Below are positions 25,501 through 39,200 of a stretch of 64,000 nucleotides of DNA, piece by piece (the first letter of the stretch is position 1; each line of letters begins with the position of its first letter). The DNA comes from Patellaria atrata CBS 101060. Lineage: Eukaryota. Below the pieces are notes generated by a model that saw nothing but the letters and a program-made list of their open reading frames with translations, was not told where the DNA came from and ran no database searches. The stretch spans positions 968,715 through 1,032,714 of the forward strand of contig MU006097.1 of NCBI GenBank assembly GCA_010093705.1, given 5' to 3'. A program made the translations under genes and the position numbers.

Positions 25501-28500
25501 ATACGGACAAGATGATAATAAACGGGGAGTCCGCAGCAGTACTCATTGCCTCAAAATATATATATATATCTGCTTCCATAAGTCCACTCCGGAAGGGGTC
25601 TCTGACTCTTATATACAAGAAAGTCGAAACGTTCGAGGTAGGCGTGATCATATATACGACTTGACAGTACAAACAAACAACTGAGGTTGGTTGAGACCAA
25701 GGGATTAACATTTCGCCAGTAGTAATTTCGCAGGCGGACAGAGGCCCAGAAATACCAACCATGGGAAGGCACAACTTAACAAAAATGAAAATATCTTTCT
25801 GAGTATGCTCTTTAGGACTATGTACGTCCTAATACGTGTAGGTACGGTTCGTCAATCACTATATGAAGTCTTATAAATGATAGTCGCCATATTTTATCCG
25901 TGTCAAATTCCTAATCCATCGTCTCAACTGTGTTCGTTCCAAGCTTATTGCGCTTTTCCTTATCGGCTCAATAGTTTTTCGTTATTTCGTCATCTCGTCG
26001 TTTTGATCTCAGTCCCCCTTAAATACAACAAATCATCAGGACTGCATCTTATCTCCAGTCAACCTACGGAAATATGTCCTGCTTTCAGCGCCAATCGTCT
26101 CTTTTCTCTGCAAGGTGCTTAGCTCACGGTATCACGCAGCCACAGTTTTTCCCTTTTTCTTCAAAAAGGAATGAATGTTTATGGACCCGGAAAGCAACCA
26201 ACCTCGACGATCACCAGATGATTTAAATGGATGAAAAGGAAGAGATCTGGATAAGTAATGCCATCTGCCACCACGCATCCAAATGCTGCTCACATATTAC
26301 CTGAAGAGCAACCCCTGCTTTACTCTCAGGGATAGAGCGGATCTATATAATATTCCACCATCCCGATTACAAGTTAGCATTATTACCAGCTTCAATCCAG
26401 TGGGACCCAATGTCAAGTGCAGGCGTACACCGTCCGTTGCTACAGATTCCCAAGGGAAGACAGTCTGTGATCGTAGACGAGCGTCAATCGAATCCAACTC
26501 TATTCTATATCCCCACTATTGTCATTTCCTACCGGAAGAAACACCCCGTCTTCTCGCTGCGGAGACAATATGGGGAAGTAAACTAGCTAATCAATATATG
26601 TCTACTCCAGCAACATTAATCTAGCTTCCACTAAAATTGTTCACGACCCCCAGTTTGAAGCCCCGATTCTCTAACTCCGAAAGAAAGAAGATACAGGCTT
26701 TTGATTATCAATCGACCTCTTCACAAAAACTACGCCGTGGAAGCCCTCGACCTCTTGCATCCCGTTAGAGCATCAAAGTCTTCATAATCCGGCAATCAAC
26801 ATAATCGGTTTTGGCGCTCGAGACGTTAGTGGAAAGGTCGCGTATAGCGAGGCCTCACCTATCTAGAGTAGGGAAGCGTATAGGTATCCGAAAGTCTAGG
26901 TAACAAAAGAAGTCTGCAGCTCCGGTGTACCGCAAATTCTTACTTATTCCTCGCTTCCGAAGGTTAAAATAGTAGTCCCAGGGCTTCGTTAAGTAAGAAA
27001 TCATAGAGACGGCTTCGCTCTCCTACAAAGGAGGATTGTAAAGCTATTCCTCGTACTAAGTTTCTTAGAATATTTCTGTACAGGCGTACCGTTAATTCGA
27101 CTTTGTTCAGCAATTCTACTGTACAGTACAGCTTCGCCAAATCTCTGCTAAAAGCGCGTCTACAGCAAGCGCTTCGCGATACGGGAAGGAGAAAATCTAT
27201 GGTCATCTGTAATATAAAGTACCCTAAGGATTTGTCGTCCTGTTGTACCGTCAGTTTAACTTAATTGTACGACGTGAGCGACACATATTATCGGCCTGGA
27301 ATTCCCTTCGGAGTGGGTATACAGAAAGCGCTCAACCTTTTGGAACGGGGAGCGTAAAGGTATTCGTAGTACTAAGTATCAAAGATTTGGATCAAAACAT
27401 GAAAGTTCTTAAGAAATTTGGCCTTGGTCTTTCTTTCCCCCTTACATTTCTGACAGTTGGAAGTCTTAGACCCTTACTCTCTTGACTTCAGTTCCTACTA
27501 GCTATTATTCAGCTCATTCAGCCTTTCAGGTCTTCTAGTCAGTTATATGGATAATATCGACTAGTCACTATCGCGATTGGGCTTTCCCACCAGGCCAAAG
27601 ATCTGCGTCCCATCGGGTATCGATAGCTGCGGTTGCTCACCAGTCCATATTTTAAGGTGATCAAAGACCCGCCTCCTAGGCGCAGTTCCTGTAGCATGAG
27701 GACCTTATGTCATGGAGAGAATATAACTTATATCTAGCGATATCTGTGACAGGTGCGGTCAATATGAGCTCGATTTCAATATTTACAGTGGTATGTGGTA
27801 ATCTGTTTACTAGTTTCATAGACCTTTTCACGACTATAGTGATATTAACCCTCTTCTAGACAAGTCGTACGGCTTTGTGCTCAAGTTTGAAAAGCGAGAT
27901 TCTAAGATTATCCTTAATATAGATGTCCTTCATCCATCTATCTCATCCATGAGCGTTAGGCTTGCTATTTCTCACTGATGAGGGGAGAGCCCACTGGCCT
28001 CGACATACGGCACAGCACTTCAGAATAAAACTTATACTTCATTCCCCTTATTTAGATCAGTTATTCTTCAGACTGTAATTTGTATCTGTCGACATACTCG
28101 GTCCTCATTTTACTATGATTCTATTCATCAACGCCCACAACGGTGTTTGTACGACTATCTCAAAACCGCTCGTGTCCTCGATTGAAATCACAGCTTTTAT
28201 AGTGAGAGTATTATATTCTTCAGCCCTACTCTAAAAGGTCGCAAAATATTCAGCATGAGGCTCATATCCAAGCATTCTACCTGTCTACCTCGTTTCTACA
28301 AACTATAACGCATCTATACACCCTTCAACATCCCTGCCCGTTCCAAGAATCCACTTGTTCTCACACCCTACCATCCACTTCTTTTGCCATCTCCAACCCA
28401 TTAGGACTAATCATTCACTTACAGTCCTTCCCGTCACCAACGCATCGTCCCAGAAACCACAGAGCGGGTCGGGATGCGTGATGTCCACAACGAAAACGTA

Positions 28501-31500
28501 TCATCTACCCACAAACCTTCTACAACCCCTATTTCTCCTCCTCTTTCCATTATCAAAACGTTCCCGCCTCAGGGATCCTATAAGAGCCATGTCCGTGATC
28601 TGGCGTACTACAGATGGGTACACACATACACACATACCCCCTTTTCAAACGTAGAGGAAGTCACCTCGTCATTCCCCGGAGATCACTGACGCGTGTTTGA
28701 GATATAGAGGTGGATGAATTAAGACCCGACCATCGTCGAGCGGGTCAGACGACGCATCTCGCGGGGAGATCACGGTTTCTAGAGTTCGTGTTTGTGATCT
28801 GGATACTGACGATCAGGGTGAACTGCTCAGTAATGCTTGAACCGTGACTCGAAGTGGGAAAGAGTAGACGACATCATTTGATGCGGTTGAGTCTCGAGGG
28901 AAGGCTTTTCGAAGTGGTTGGGCTTGAAACGGTAATTGATTCGGTCATGATGATAAGGTGGGTACTTGTACATTCGGTGTGTATGGGTGGAATTTTTGAA
29001 TCGGTGGGTACGGAGTCCCGGATTGCTTGGCTGGGATGTCATATCACACCACGGAAGCGATCACACTCTGATTCAGGTTCTACAAAAACTGAAGGAGGCT
29101 GAGGACTTGCAGATGTGGGGAACGATTTACCTACAGTATCACCCCGCTAGAAGTCCCGTGTGCGCCATTTCGCTTCCTGAACCTGGTACCACGGTATTGA
29201 GAGAATTGAAACCGGGCGAAGCGGTTGAGAATAGAGAGCCGTATGTCTCGTTTTGTCAAGTTATCTTAGCATACCATATATTCATAGCCTAGAACACATC
29301 TGGTCTTAAAATACAGACAGGTGAAATGTCGTGCGGAGCCCGTATCTGATAGTCTGCCGTCGGGTGTATAGCACATGCATAGCGCCGAGACGTGCGGATT
29401 GGAGCCAAAGGGACGTAAAATTTGGAACGGTGATGATACTACGGCCGCGAAGAATTACTATTGCCGAAGTATCGACCTGGGTTCTTTGGTACGTTGAGGC
29501 AGGAGAGTGTTTATGGTTCTTATGCTCGTTATTATTGTATCTCACACTTCAATATTAAGTTATTATCGGACATCGATCTACTCGAATGGTATCTTGTAAA
29601 TTGGACTCTCGATATAACACGTTCGATAGACGTCGGGATATATGATGTCTTTTATCATTTGGTTCTTCAACGTTACGTCTCCAACATATTGCTAAGTCGT
29701 CTACCAAATACACGGTGAAGAAGCAGTCGGACCGTCGAGGAACGGCGGTCAGAAGGCGAGAAGAACTTAAAGGAAAGGTCTGAATTGCATGAAGAATAGG
29801 AAGGACATGTAGTGGAAGACATTTTGCGGAGTTTTGTGAGTTCAGTCCGATGCGTAGAATTAAGGTCCGGTGTAATATCACGATTTCCACATCCCATGAG
29901 CTATCTCTATCAAGTTGCACCGAATTCAACAAGACCTTAGTATTTTGTTCCTTTACTGGTATCCAAGCCGTTCTTTGAGTCATAGAAGGAAAAGGCCATT
30001 TTATTCCTTGATCTATCTCCTTGCATTGGTAGAAAACAACAATTCTTGAAGCTTTTGTTCTTTTCAATATTTCTCCCCTGTCGTCTTATCCTGTATGGAC
30101 GGGTCCCTACCCAGGGATAAACGGACTGCACATCAGGCCTAAAACGAGTTCTTCGTTGGATGTTATCTTGGATATGGCCTGGACTTCGATTGTTGTGCGC
30201 TTCAAAAGCACAAGAAAAAGATTAACAGCAGGATTGAAGCATGCGCGGAGATATCGATACCGAGAATGAAAGGATGGTGTTATTGAGATAGAAGTAAGAC
30301 ATGGAAAAAATTTGGAATCTCAGTGCAGGAAAAAAGTACTCACCGAGCAGCTCTTCCCCAAAGAGAGAGAGGAGAGCTATTTCTAGACAATAACAAATCT
30401 CCACAGCTGCCGCAACGGAGCGTACCTGAGCGTACTGAGGACTTATAACATAGAGTCCAGGTCGTGATCGATGCAAAGCATTCCTTTCAACCACCCTTTA
30501 AAAGGTAAAACTCATCCCTGATCCAACCTATCGCGAAATCCTTCACTTCCTCCCACGCGGTCGATGAGATTCCCAAAGCCGGCTCTTCGGGACGTCAGAG
30601 AGGTTTCTCACATTTTGTGGAACTCAGCAGTTAATATATTTTCACAAAAGAGAGGAAGGTAGGACGAAGTTGAAACATGTGTAGCCCAAGCGCCAACAGC
30701 CACCATTCCAAAAAAAAAAAAAATTAAAAAAAATCGTCCTAAACCTCATTCGATTGTCAGGCATCGTGAGGTTGGGGGCACGTGCGACAGCTGGGCGGGA
30801 ACGGCATCCCGATCACTTCCGGCTGTCCAGCCTTACAGGGCTACACGCTAAAAAGTCCCCTTATCTCACAAACGAGATGGGAACTGTTGAAAGTGGGTCT
30901 TGGAGCGGAAAGCGTTGCTGTCCTGCTGGCGCAAGTGATTTTGTAAAGGATTCTGCACGCTTGTTCGACGAAGGAACAGGCTCATCAAGGGTTTATCGCT
31001 CCCACGATATTCCTCCTCACGGCGTGTACATGGGACAGGGTGCTGTGTGGAAGGAGAGGAAAAGTGTCAAAGTTCGTCAACGGCCTTGGTGGATTGTCCG
31101 GGCTCGGACTACGCTACGGCCTTCGCTTAGCCGATTCAGGTAAGGCCATGAGAACTCCACCGCTTCGTTGACGATGCAGGATTGAATTGCGGTAATGACG
31201 GTGTGGAGTTTGTGGAGGAATAATGAGGGGTAAGGTCTCTTCTTATCGCTTGGATCAAGTGAGATACGGATCGAGGTGAAAAGTACTTGAGGAACGAGAA
31301 AAAGAGTTTGAGAGAGTTTTGAACATGTCAGAGCTTCGAGCTTATCATGTCAAACAGCTTACAATTAATAGATATCAAATAATATGGAGAAGATGCAAAG
31401 GAAAGACCTCAAAAGTATCCCAGCGAACAACCGGCGCGGCCATCACATAAGATGGAGATTGACTTGGGGAACGAGGGTGGAAGGTTAGGTCAGACCCTGA

Positions 31501-32027
31501 ATCTCCATCCTTCGTACCACGGTAGCGGGAAAGAAACAGCTTGGAAGATGCATGTCGCGCCTCCCTTTCCGCTTCGGGCGCCGCCAACATCCCCGCAACT
31601 CATTAACACCGATTCGGCAAGTCCAAGTCTAGTTGATCCAAGTTTCCCTTGCTCTGATGCTCCAACTCCCATTTACAGAAACTCTACCCCGTACGACCAA
31701 CCAAAATCCACATTCGCCAGCAGGACCCTTATTTTTCGCGATTTGGGGAAATCCAGCATACCAAGAACCATCAGAGGAAGGAAGAGAAAAAAGCAAAAAG
31801 GTCTAATCTGTTAACATTGTACTATACGTACCGCGTGGCCTTAATCACAATAAACTATCATATTATCGCAAAGCAAAGCACACGGGATACGTACTCACCT
31901 CCATTCCTGGCATCACATCAGCCAAACCAAGGGAACACGAATCGTACCACTCTATCGCAATTCCCATCCTGCCACTGTGATTCTTACCCCCCCAATCTTC
32001 ATCCGCGCAAGCACGCACGCACGCACG

Positions 32028-33084
32028 ATGCCCTCTCCCCCAGGCACCCCCCTCCCCCGCATCGCTTGCTTCCACGGCAGCGGCTCCAACTCTCAAGTGA
32101 TGAACTTCCAGTGCACGCGCCTCCTGCTCTCGCTGCAGGCCGACTTCGAGCTCGTCTTCTTCGACGGGCCCTTCCCGCGGCCGGCCGGGCCCGGGGTCCT
32201 CCCGGTCTTCGAGGACATGGGACCGTTCAACAGCTGGTTCAACGGGACGGCGGCGACGGCGGAGCGCGCGGACGGCTCCGGCTGGGACGAGGCGGGGACC
32301 GATGGCGTCGAGCGTGCATTCCGCCTCATGCTCGAGGAGGAGAGTGCAGCCGCGGGGGAGGAGGGCGGCAGAGGTGAGTGGGTCGCGGCGCTGGGGTTCA
32401 GCCAGGGCTCGCGGGTCGTGGCTGGAATGCTGCTGGATCAGCAGAGGAGGGCTGAACAGGGCGTGCGGGAACGGCCGATCAAGTTCAGGTTTGGCGTTCT
32501 GTGTTGTGGGAGCGGTAGACCGATGAGGTCGGCCGTCACGAGTGGTGAGTTTTTGAGTTATTGATTTTTTGTCCAGTTCTTAATGTTTCTCCACATTTAT
32601 TTTAATTTTTTTTTTTTTTTTCATCTCTCGTCCCCACATGCAGGTTACTTGTATATGTTATCTGTGATGAAAGAACAGACCTACTAGGTCTCCATTGTTG
32701 GAAGCAAGCGAACAAAAAGTGTTGTCATACGCTACTTATTACTGATCATGGTGTTGGTTTTTTTTTCCAGGAACTCTCACGAATCACGAGCGATCGCCAG
32801 TTGGATCCGCGCCGGGAGATCAGCAACCGAGTGATGAAAGGAAAGCTCAAGCTGGTGACCTCAAAGACGAGATTGTCCATCTTCCAACACTGCACCTTCA
32901 CGGTCTGCAAGACCCTTTCCTCAAGAATGGCCGCGATCAGTACGCGAAGTACTTCGAGCACGACAAGGCCGTCCTCTGCGAGATCGACTACCATCACGCA
33001 ATGCCATGGAAGACCCCAGACGTGGAGCGGTTCGCGAAGCTGCTGCGCCAGATGTACAGCGACACAACCGCAAGGCAAAAATAG
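32028..33084 (+). CDS. FSH1/LovG/CitA-type serine hydrolase (esterase/thioesterase), 2 exons
   Basis: IACFHGSGSN, FFDGPF, GPGVLP, ALGFSQG (nucleophile Ser). Intron 32545-32770. Exon 2 gives LPTLHLHGLQD (Asp) and DYHHAMPW (His), ending at TAG 33082-33084. Confidence 0.92.
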
Positions 33085-34310
33085 AAATTTGACTTTTAAA
33101 GCAAGGCAGTATAGATTATACAACAACGCGCGAGCAGATAGTATCCAGATACAAACTTAGCCGATATAGCAATGTACATGTACACTCGCTCGTTTACGGT
33201 ATAACTACTTACCTAGTATAAACTCTAGCAATGCTAGACCATGATGGCCCGAGAAAACGAGAGAAAAGAAAAAAAACAAAAAACCCCACGAGGCTATCTT
33301 CGAGAAGTCACCTACCCCATATGAGGTGGTCTCGTTGCACAACCTCTGTTTCATGTGCCGGTGATCCAGTAATGGGGTGAGCGAAAGTGGGACCTCTCTC
33401 TTATCAATATTTCGCCCATTTCCATTTTCTGCCCCATGACCTGCTGTACGACCAACAAAAGTTACAACACCACGGCACAGTCAAAAGTCACTGGGAACTA
33501 AAGCAAGTAACGTGTTCTCTCATCTCTGTGCCGTCTCTCGTCTGCGTCGTCGGACAGGAAAAAAAAACTCCACCCGGGCCTCAAAAGACCTGGGCCGGCA
33601 GGAAAGTAATCGTGACCTGAAACTATTGTAACCTTCTGAAGTAGAAACTGGAAAGGCGGCCAACAGCACACTTCCCTCGAAAGGAACGTGGTAAGAAAAA
33701 TACGCCGAACAAACTCTTTGCGTACAGAGGAACCTCCAACACATGTACTGCACGAGCGGGAACGATACGACATACTACTCGCGGAGGAAGGTGATGGTAC
33801 ATTTCTTTCATTTCGCTTTCGCTTTGAAGCAGAGGAACTAGTTCTATTGGTCGTCATTTTTTCCCGTAGAAAGGAATAGGTATTATTTTGATCCTCTGAA
33901 CTCTATATACACGTGTTTCTCATAACGAAAGGATTTCATTTGAGAAAGGCGCACCATCGCCTGGGGGATGGGGGCGCGCACGGGCGGGGAGGGGGAAGTA
34001 CCTGCCCAATTCTATAGTCCATTGCATACGCTGCAAAATCCCACCAGAACGCCAGTGTAGTCGGTGAGGACGTGATGTGGAATTTCTATCGGATAAGGCG
34101 GAAGGACAACGGAAAAAGTCAAGAAGTAAACAAATCAAGAACAAGAAAAAAAAAAAAAGACACGATCGACAAAGACGGTAGATTTGGGGATATCGAACAG
34201 AATTATCATTAACTCGTGTGTTGCTAAAACAATCATCTGTGAATTTTAATTTTCCAAAGTTCCCACCCCAGCACCAAGAATAGAAAGACAAAGTTTTGTT
34301 GTGCGGGGAT

Positions 34311-35609
34311 CTAAGCCTCGCAGCAGCAAAAGCGATCGAGCTTCGCAATCAGCTCCTCCACCGACGGCAGTAAGAATTGCTCGAAGCAGGCGAACATGCC
34401 CCACTGTCTCGCGCCCACGAACTGGTGGCCCTCGACCTTGGTCTTGCGGCCGAACTTCTCGAACGTGCCGCCCAACTTGCGCAATTCCCGACGGAACAGT
34501 TGTGCCTTGACTCTGCTCTCGACCTCCTTGTCGAGCTTGAAGATTCCCTTCGCCGCGGCGGGTGATGATACCGATGATGAGGATGACGCACTCCTCTTGT
34601 GGCCGTTGTTGCCGCCGCTCGGCTCCACTAACTCGTCCCGGTAAACGGTCTGGTACCAGCCGACCAGGTTCGAGCCAATGGTCGCGAGGAGGAACGGCAG
34701 GCGGAAGTCTTGGCTGCACAGTGGACAACTCTGTTGTTGCGCCAGAATGTGTTCGAAAGTTGCGACCGCTTGAATGCTCGCCGTCAGAATCTGATCTGAG
34801 GAAGCTTTGTTCCCCGAAGGTAGTATTTTCGCCTTCTCGTGCACCGCCTTCAACTTGTAAATATCCTCAAGCGTCCTCGATGCTTTCGTCATGCACGGGT
34901 GGTCGGCCCCCATGGGGCCGATCGGCGCGCTCGAGTAAGCCGGCACGCTGGTGGGAATAACGTTCTCGATATTCTCGGATAGCCATGCAGCCATGCTGTC
35001 AGTATTATTTTCGGGGGTGGTGATCGGGCTGAAGTTGTCATCGTATTCTTCTGATGGACCCTCAGACAACGAGTCGAATAATGGTGACTGAGATCTCTCG
35101 GACCCAGAGTCAAAGTTCGTGCTGGGGGACATGGAGGGCATCGCGGGGAGGGACGGCTGAGGCACTGGCGAGTAGCTGCCCGCGCCCGTCTGCCACAAGC
35201 TCTCATCGAGGAACTCGTGCAGTAGGAAATCGTCGTTTTCTGAGATCATGGGACCGGTATGGGTTTGGAGGAAAGCTGGTTCGGAATCAAGGTAGAATTG
35301 CATCTTTGAGTCTGATTCATTCTGGAAGGCCATATCGAGGCGCTGTCGCTTGTTCGAGTCGAAGTTCTTGAGGTTGTTCCCCGCAACGTAAGAAGACCTG
35401 CTCTCTTTGCGTGGTGCTGTGCTGTAGTCACAGTCCAAGCCCAACTGACGGCATCGACGACAGTGAGGTTTTTGCTTGCTACACCTCATTCCAGATGTGG
35501 TGCATCCTCTGCAAGCGTTGTAGGCATGTTGGCCAACGAAGCCAGCGTACCCAATTGGGTTCATGGCACTCTGAGCCATTGGAGTATAGTAAGATGAGTA
35601 GGCGGCCAT
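34311..35609 (-). CDS. AflR-like Zn(II)2Cys6 pathway-specific transcription factor, intronless
   Basis: NACRGCTTSGMRCSKQKPHCRRCRQLGLDCDY cluster. C-terminal CPLCSQD..LL..IG..LVGWY and RVKAQLFRREL resemble AflR/MdpE-type regulators. Confidence 0.85.
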   Translation of the reverse strand: MAAYSSYYTPMAQSAMNPIGYAGFVGQHAYNACRGCTTSGMRCSKQKPHCRRCRQLGLDCDYSTAPRKESRSSYVAGNNLKNFDSNKRQRLDMAFQNESDSKMQFYLDSEPAFLQTHTGPMISENDDFLLHEFLDESLWQTGAGSYSPVPQPSLPAMPSMSPSTNFDSGSERSQSPLFDSLSEGPSEEYDDNFSPITTPENNTDSMAAWLSENIENVIPTSVPAYSSAPIGPMGADHPCMTKASRTLEDIYKLKAVHEKAKILPSGNKASSDQILTASIQAVATFEHILAQQQSCPLCSQDFRLPFLLATIGSNLVGWYQTVYRDELVEPSGGNNGHKRSASSSSSVSSPAAAKGIFKLDKEVESRVKAQLFRRELRKLGGTFEKFGRKTKVEGHQFVGARQWGMFACFEQFLLPSVEELIAKLDRFCCCEA

Positions 35610-35915
35610 GGTGATATGATGCTGTGAGGAGCTATGGTATAGTTCGTAGACGCGACGATTGGAAAAAAGTCAACTGCAGAACGCGGAGCCGAGAGGGGTA
35701 GTAAATAGTTTAAGAGCTATTCAGAGGCGGTGATAGAGGTATGACACACGTGATGGTGAGACTGATATTCATTGACGGTGAGGATGGTCACGGATGTACG
35801 TTCCCTTTAAAACAAATGTGCCAGCTGTATGCGAATAACCCACGGACATGGTGGTATACAAGTCCCAACTCAGAAAGGATCTGATCTCGACAACCCGAAA
35901 CGAAACCAAACGTGC

Positions 35916-35965
35916 GTAGCCTTGAGTAGCCCTGGGTAGCCCTGGGTAGCCCTGGGTAGGCCCTG
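35916..35965. repeat. 10-bp tandem repeat GTAGCCCTGG (3 perfect + 2 imperfect copies)
   Basis: Read directly; ~310 bp upstream of the AflR-like ATG. Confidence 0.9.
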
Positions 35966-36168
35966 CACAGGCTTGCACTGACCTACATCGAGGGTGTGCA
36001 GGCGAAGGATCATTAGCACAGCTTAGCTGCACGACGCCTATGTCCCGCAAAAGCTGTGACACCAAAACACCATGGATGAAAGATGCATGAGCTGTCTGGA
36101 GGATGTAGATACGTACAGTAAGGTATGTCCAGGACGGAGTTGCGGAGTCGTTATCCCTACTATCCCTA

Positions 36169-36218
36169 CCTTACCTTTCCTTAACCTTTCCTTAACCTTT
36201 CCTTACCTTTTCCTTACC
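36169..36218. repeat. Imperfect 10-11 bp pyrimidine-rich tandem repeat CCTT(A)ACCTTT
   Basis: ccttacctttccttaacctttccttaacctttccttaccttttccttacc. Confidence 0.85.
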
Positions 36219-39200
36219 ACACCCGCACCTTCAGGTACTTTCCCAGCCCCTAGTTACCATTCATGTCCATGTCCATATCCCATGTCAATCAGCCTGCATC
36301 CAGTAAAAAAAGGCCACCAGGCCGCAATCTATTACCCTGTTTTCCATCTCTTGCGCCAGAATTCGCTAACATCTCAAAACCTATCATTTCCTTTCGCAGC
36401 AATTCGGGACAAGTATAGTTGGTGGAAGGGGCGCAGCCTTGCCGTCCATCTCTTGCAACTATTCTCGACAGCACCTAAAGGCTTATAGAGTTAAAGTTAT
36501 CAGTATCTATTTAGATCTCCCGAGGTGTTTTCTGGTAATTACTTCTCGAATTGAGCCCCAAAGCTATTCTGGAGCTCGAGAACTGGAACTAGAACGATGA
36601 TAGACATGACATATCTCTGAGAAGTCTAGGGACATCGCGCACTGCTTCAGGTACAAAGCACGACAATACCTATCATGCGGCTCGCGCGTTGGCGTAACCT
36701 ATAGACGTAGTATCATATTGGTCAAGATATGAAGCTTGTGTAAACACGTCTTGATAGAAAGGTGCTCAGTGCTCGTCCGGACCGGGGCTCCAGTCGTACC
36801 CGGGCTGACAGCACGGACTGCGATCTCGTTTCACAGAAGCCAACAAACGGCTACGTCTTCTAGAAGGAGGCTCACCCTACTTCCGGCCCCTTGGTAAGCC
36901 TCTGTCTCGGCTGCTATTTTTCATCTTGTGCAGATACTTTCCACGTCTGTGCCGGTACCTGGGCTTGAGACCTGCTGTACACAATGTGAACTAGCCTGGC
37001 CTTACAAGACCATATTGTCCCACACTGTCGATCCTACACCTACTTAGGCCATACTCCAACGTCTGCTAGTAACCATCACCCAAGCTGGCTACACAAAATC
37101 CCCCGTCCAATCCTAGCCTCTTTTACTTCTCGTACCTGAAGGGACACTGTTCTACAATATCGGTCCTGCATTCGGCGATTTCTCTGAAACGAGACGAAAG
37201 ATGACCATGAGTGGTTTCCATCGTGAAGTACACCAAAAATAGGAAATACGATGACTTATCATTAAAATGCACACTGGAAAGCGGCCCGAACCGATTTTCT
37301 GCATTCGGATTATTGCTGTGAGCTTCCAATTCGTCCAAACCTAAGGAATTATCTTTTTGGGACAACATCGTCACGAACAGAGCTGTCCTTCTCTAAGTTG
37401 GTGATATGTGATGTCGAAGTTTGGACAGTATCACGCCCTTCGATCTCGATGAGTCTGGATATCAAGTGACCCGTTTCTGTAGTTGACCTTTCCGTATATT
37501 CAAATCGTCCGACTAGGCAACCAACAACAACTGCTTCTATGAAGACGAAGTCCAGAAGAGTGACCTGAAACAATAATGGAAGCAATCTACAAGTGGTAGA
37601 ACCAAATCCTCCGTGGTTCCTCCAAATGGAAGTGGCGTGGGTCCTGTGGGGCAGTGGGAATACTGTGGAGATGTAAATTCGCTGATGCACGATTATGACT
37701 ACACCTCGAGCTCCCATGTTAAATGGTACGTTTTCTGCAGGTGAGCAATCTAGGCCAAGTGGAGGCCGTTTTCGAGGAGGCCGTTGGGGTGGCCATCCTG
37801 AGGGCCGATATCTTGAAACTCTGTTTGAAGATCGTCTGGAGCAGTCTCGACACGATGTACAGTCGCTCCAGAGGGACTGTCAATGTGACCTGCATGTGCG
37901 GGAAATCCCCAGTTTCTGCCGAGTTGCATTGTTACAGATTGGAATACACAAAGCTGCATCGCCAGTTTCTTAAACACCCATGTTGATATCAGACGCGAGC
38001 CGTATCGAATGTTACGAACCTTTGAATGGCAGACGCGGAATCGATAAACGAGACGCAAACATTGTTTCTAAAGGTCAAACAAACCAGTCTGTTGTGCTAT
38101 TCCATCGCTTCAGTCCAAAAATTCCAAGGTGTTGAGGCTCCTTCGTCAGCTTTTGATCGTTGAAACTGTCCGAGCTTGATCAGTATGGGGTTTCAGCCAA
38201 TCCTCGCGGTCTGATGATACGACTTTAAAGTTTCCATGGAGAGATGTCCAATCAGACAAGTGAGAGTGTACTATAGATTATGAAATTAACAAATACTGGA
38301 CAGTACCTGTTCCGATATAGTAAGCAGCTTCTCACTGACGGTAAGGAAATGTAGATGGGACAACAATTTAGCGTTTACCACCAACTGTCAACACCAATCG
38401 CTTTAAAAAATAGTAAAATAAAAGAGAAAAGTTTACCAGTATGATAGGGACGGCCCCCGAGAGCGTGAAGGGAGAACTGCCGCGACTGTCGCTTGTAGAG
38501 TGAAGTTCAGATGCGGACAAATCTTATCATGAGCTGAGACACACAATTACACGAGGCAGGAATACAGAGAAGAATAGGTGAAGTTCATTGCATATCTCTG
38601 CCGACTTTCTCCGCTTGCCAACAATGTTGGCACTCAGTCAAGTGACTGCTGTACATCGGCGAATGCCGTCAAACTCTAGACTGAGATCTGCGATACCTCA
38701 GGTAGATCGTAGTAAGTATGGAGGAGTGAAGATAGCCAAGATATTATGGGTGAGGAACACTTCACGTCAGTCGCTTAGGCGACAAAAATAGCGGAAGTGA
38801 AGAAAACGAAAGCGGCTTATACCGAAGAAGCCGAGGGTCCAAGTGCGATAGTCCAAAAAGATGTAGCAAACTTGCAAGATAGTAAGGTCGTCCTCGAAGG
38901 AAGAGGTGCATCGTGGATTATCGACCCGCTGTGCGCGGCCTGATTCCTTCGAGCCCTGGACCCCACGAGGGACCTGGATGCTCACTCGAGCCACTGAAAA
39001 CATATATCCCAGACAAATGATAACATCGTAGTACAGAGTGTGATGACTCTTGCATTCACTTTCGTCGGTTTCGTATCCTCTGTAATGGTTCTATATGATA
39101 TTGTTGGTGGTAATAGTGGCGCTCGGTAGCTTGTTCTAGTTCCGCATGCCAACGTGTCCCTCACAAGTAGTTACCATGTAAGTCGTTCAAAACAGTAATA

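Noticed and set aside
28300..31350. Several 60-170 aa ORFs, including a TNFDTFPLLP fragment reminiscent of F-box/2EXR starts
   Set aside because: Too short and interrupted to support a call.
31400..32027. AflR-type TCG-N5-CGA site upstream of the hydrolase
   Set aside because: No exact match found by eye.
36169..36218. Interstitial telomere repeat
   Set aside because: The unit is not TTAGGG-like enough and is irregular; treated as a simple repeat.
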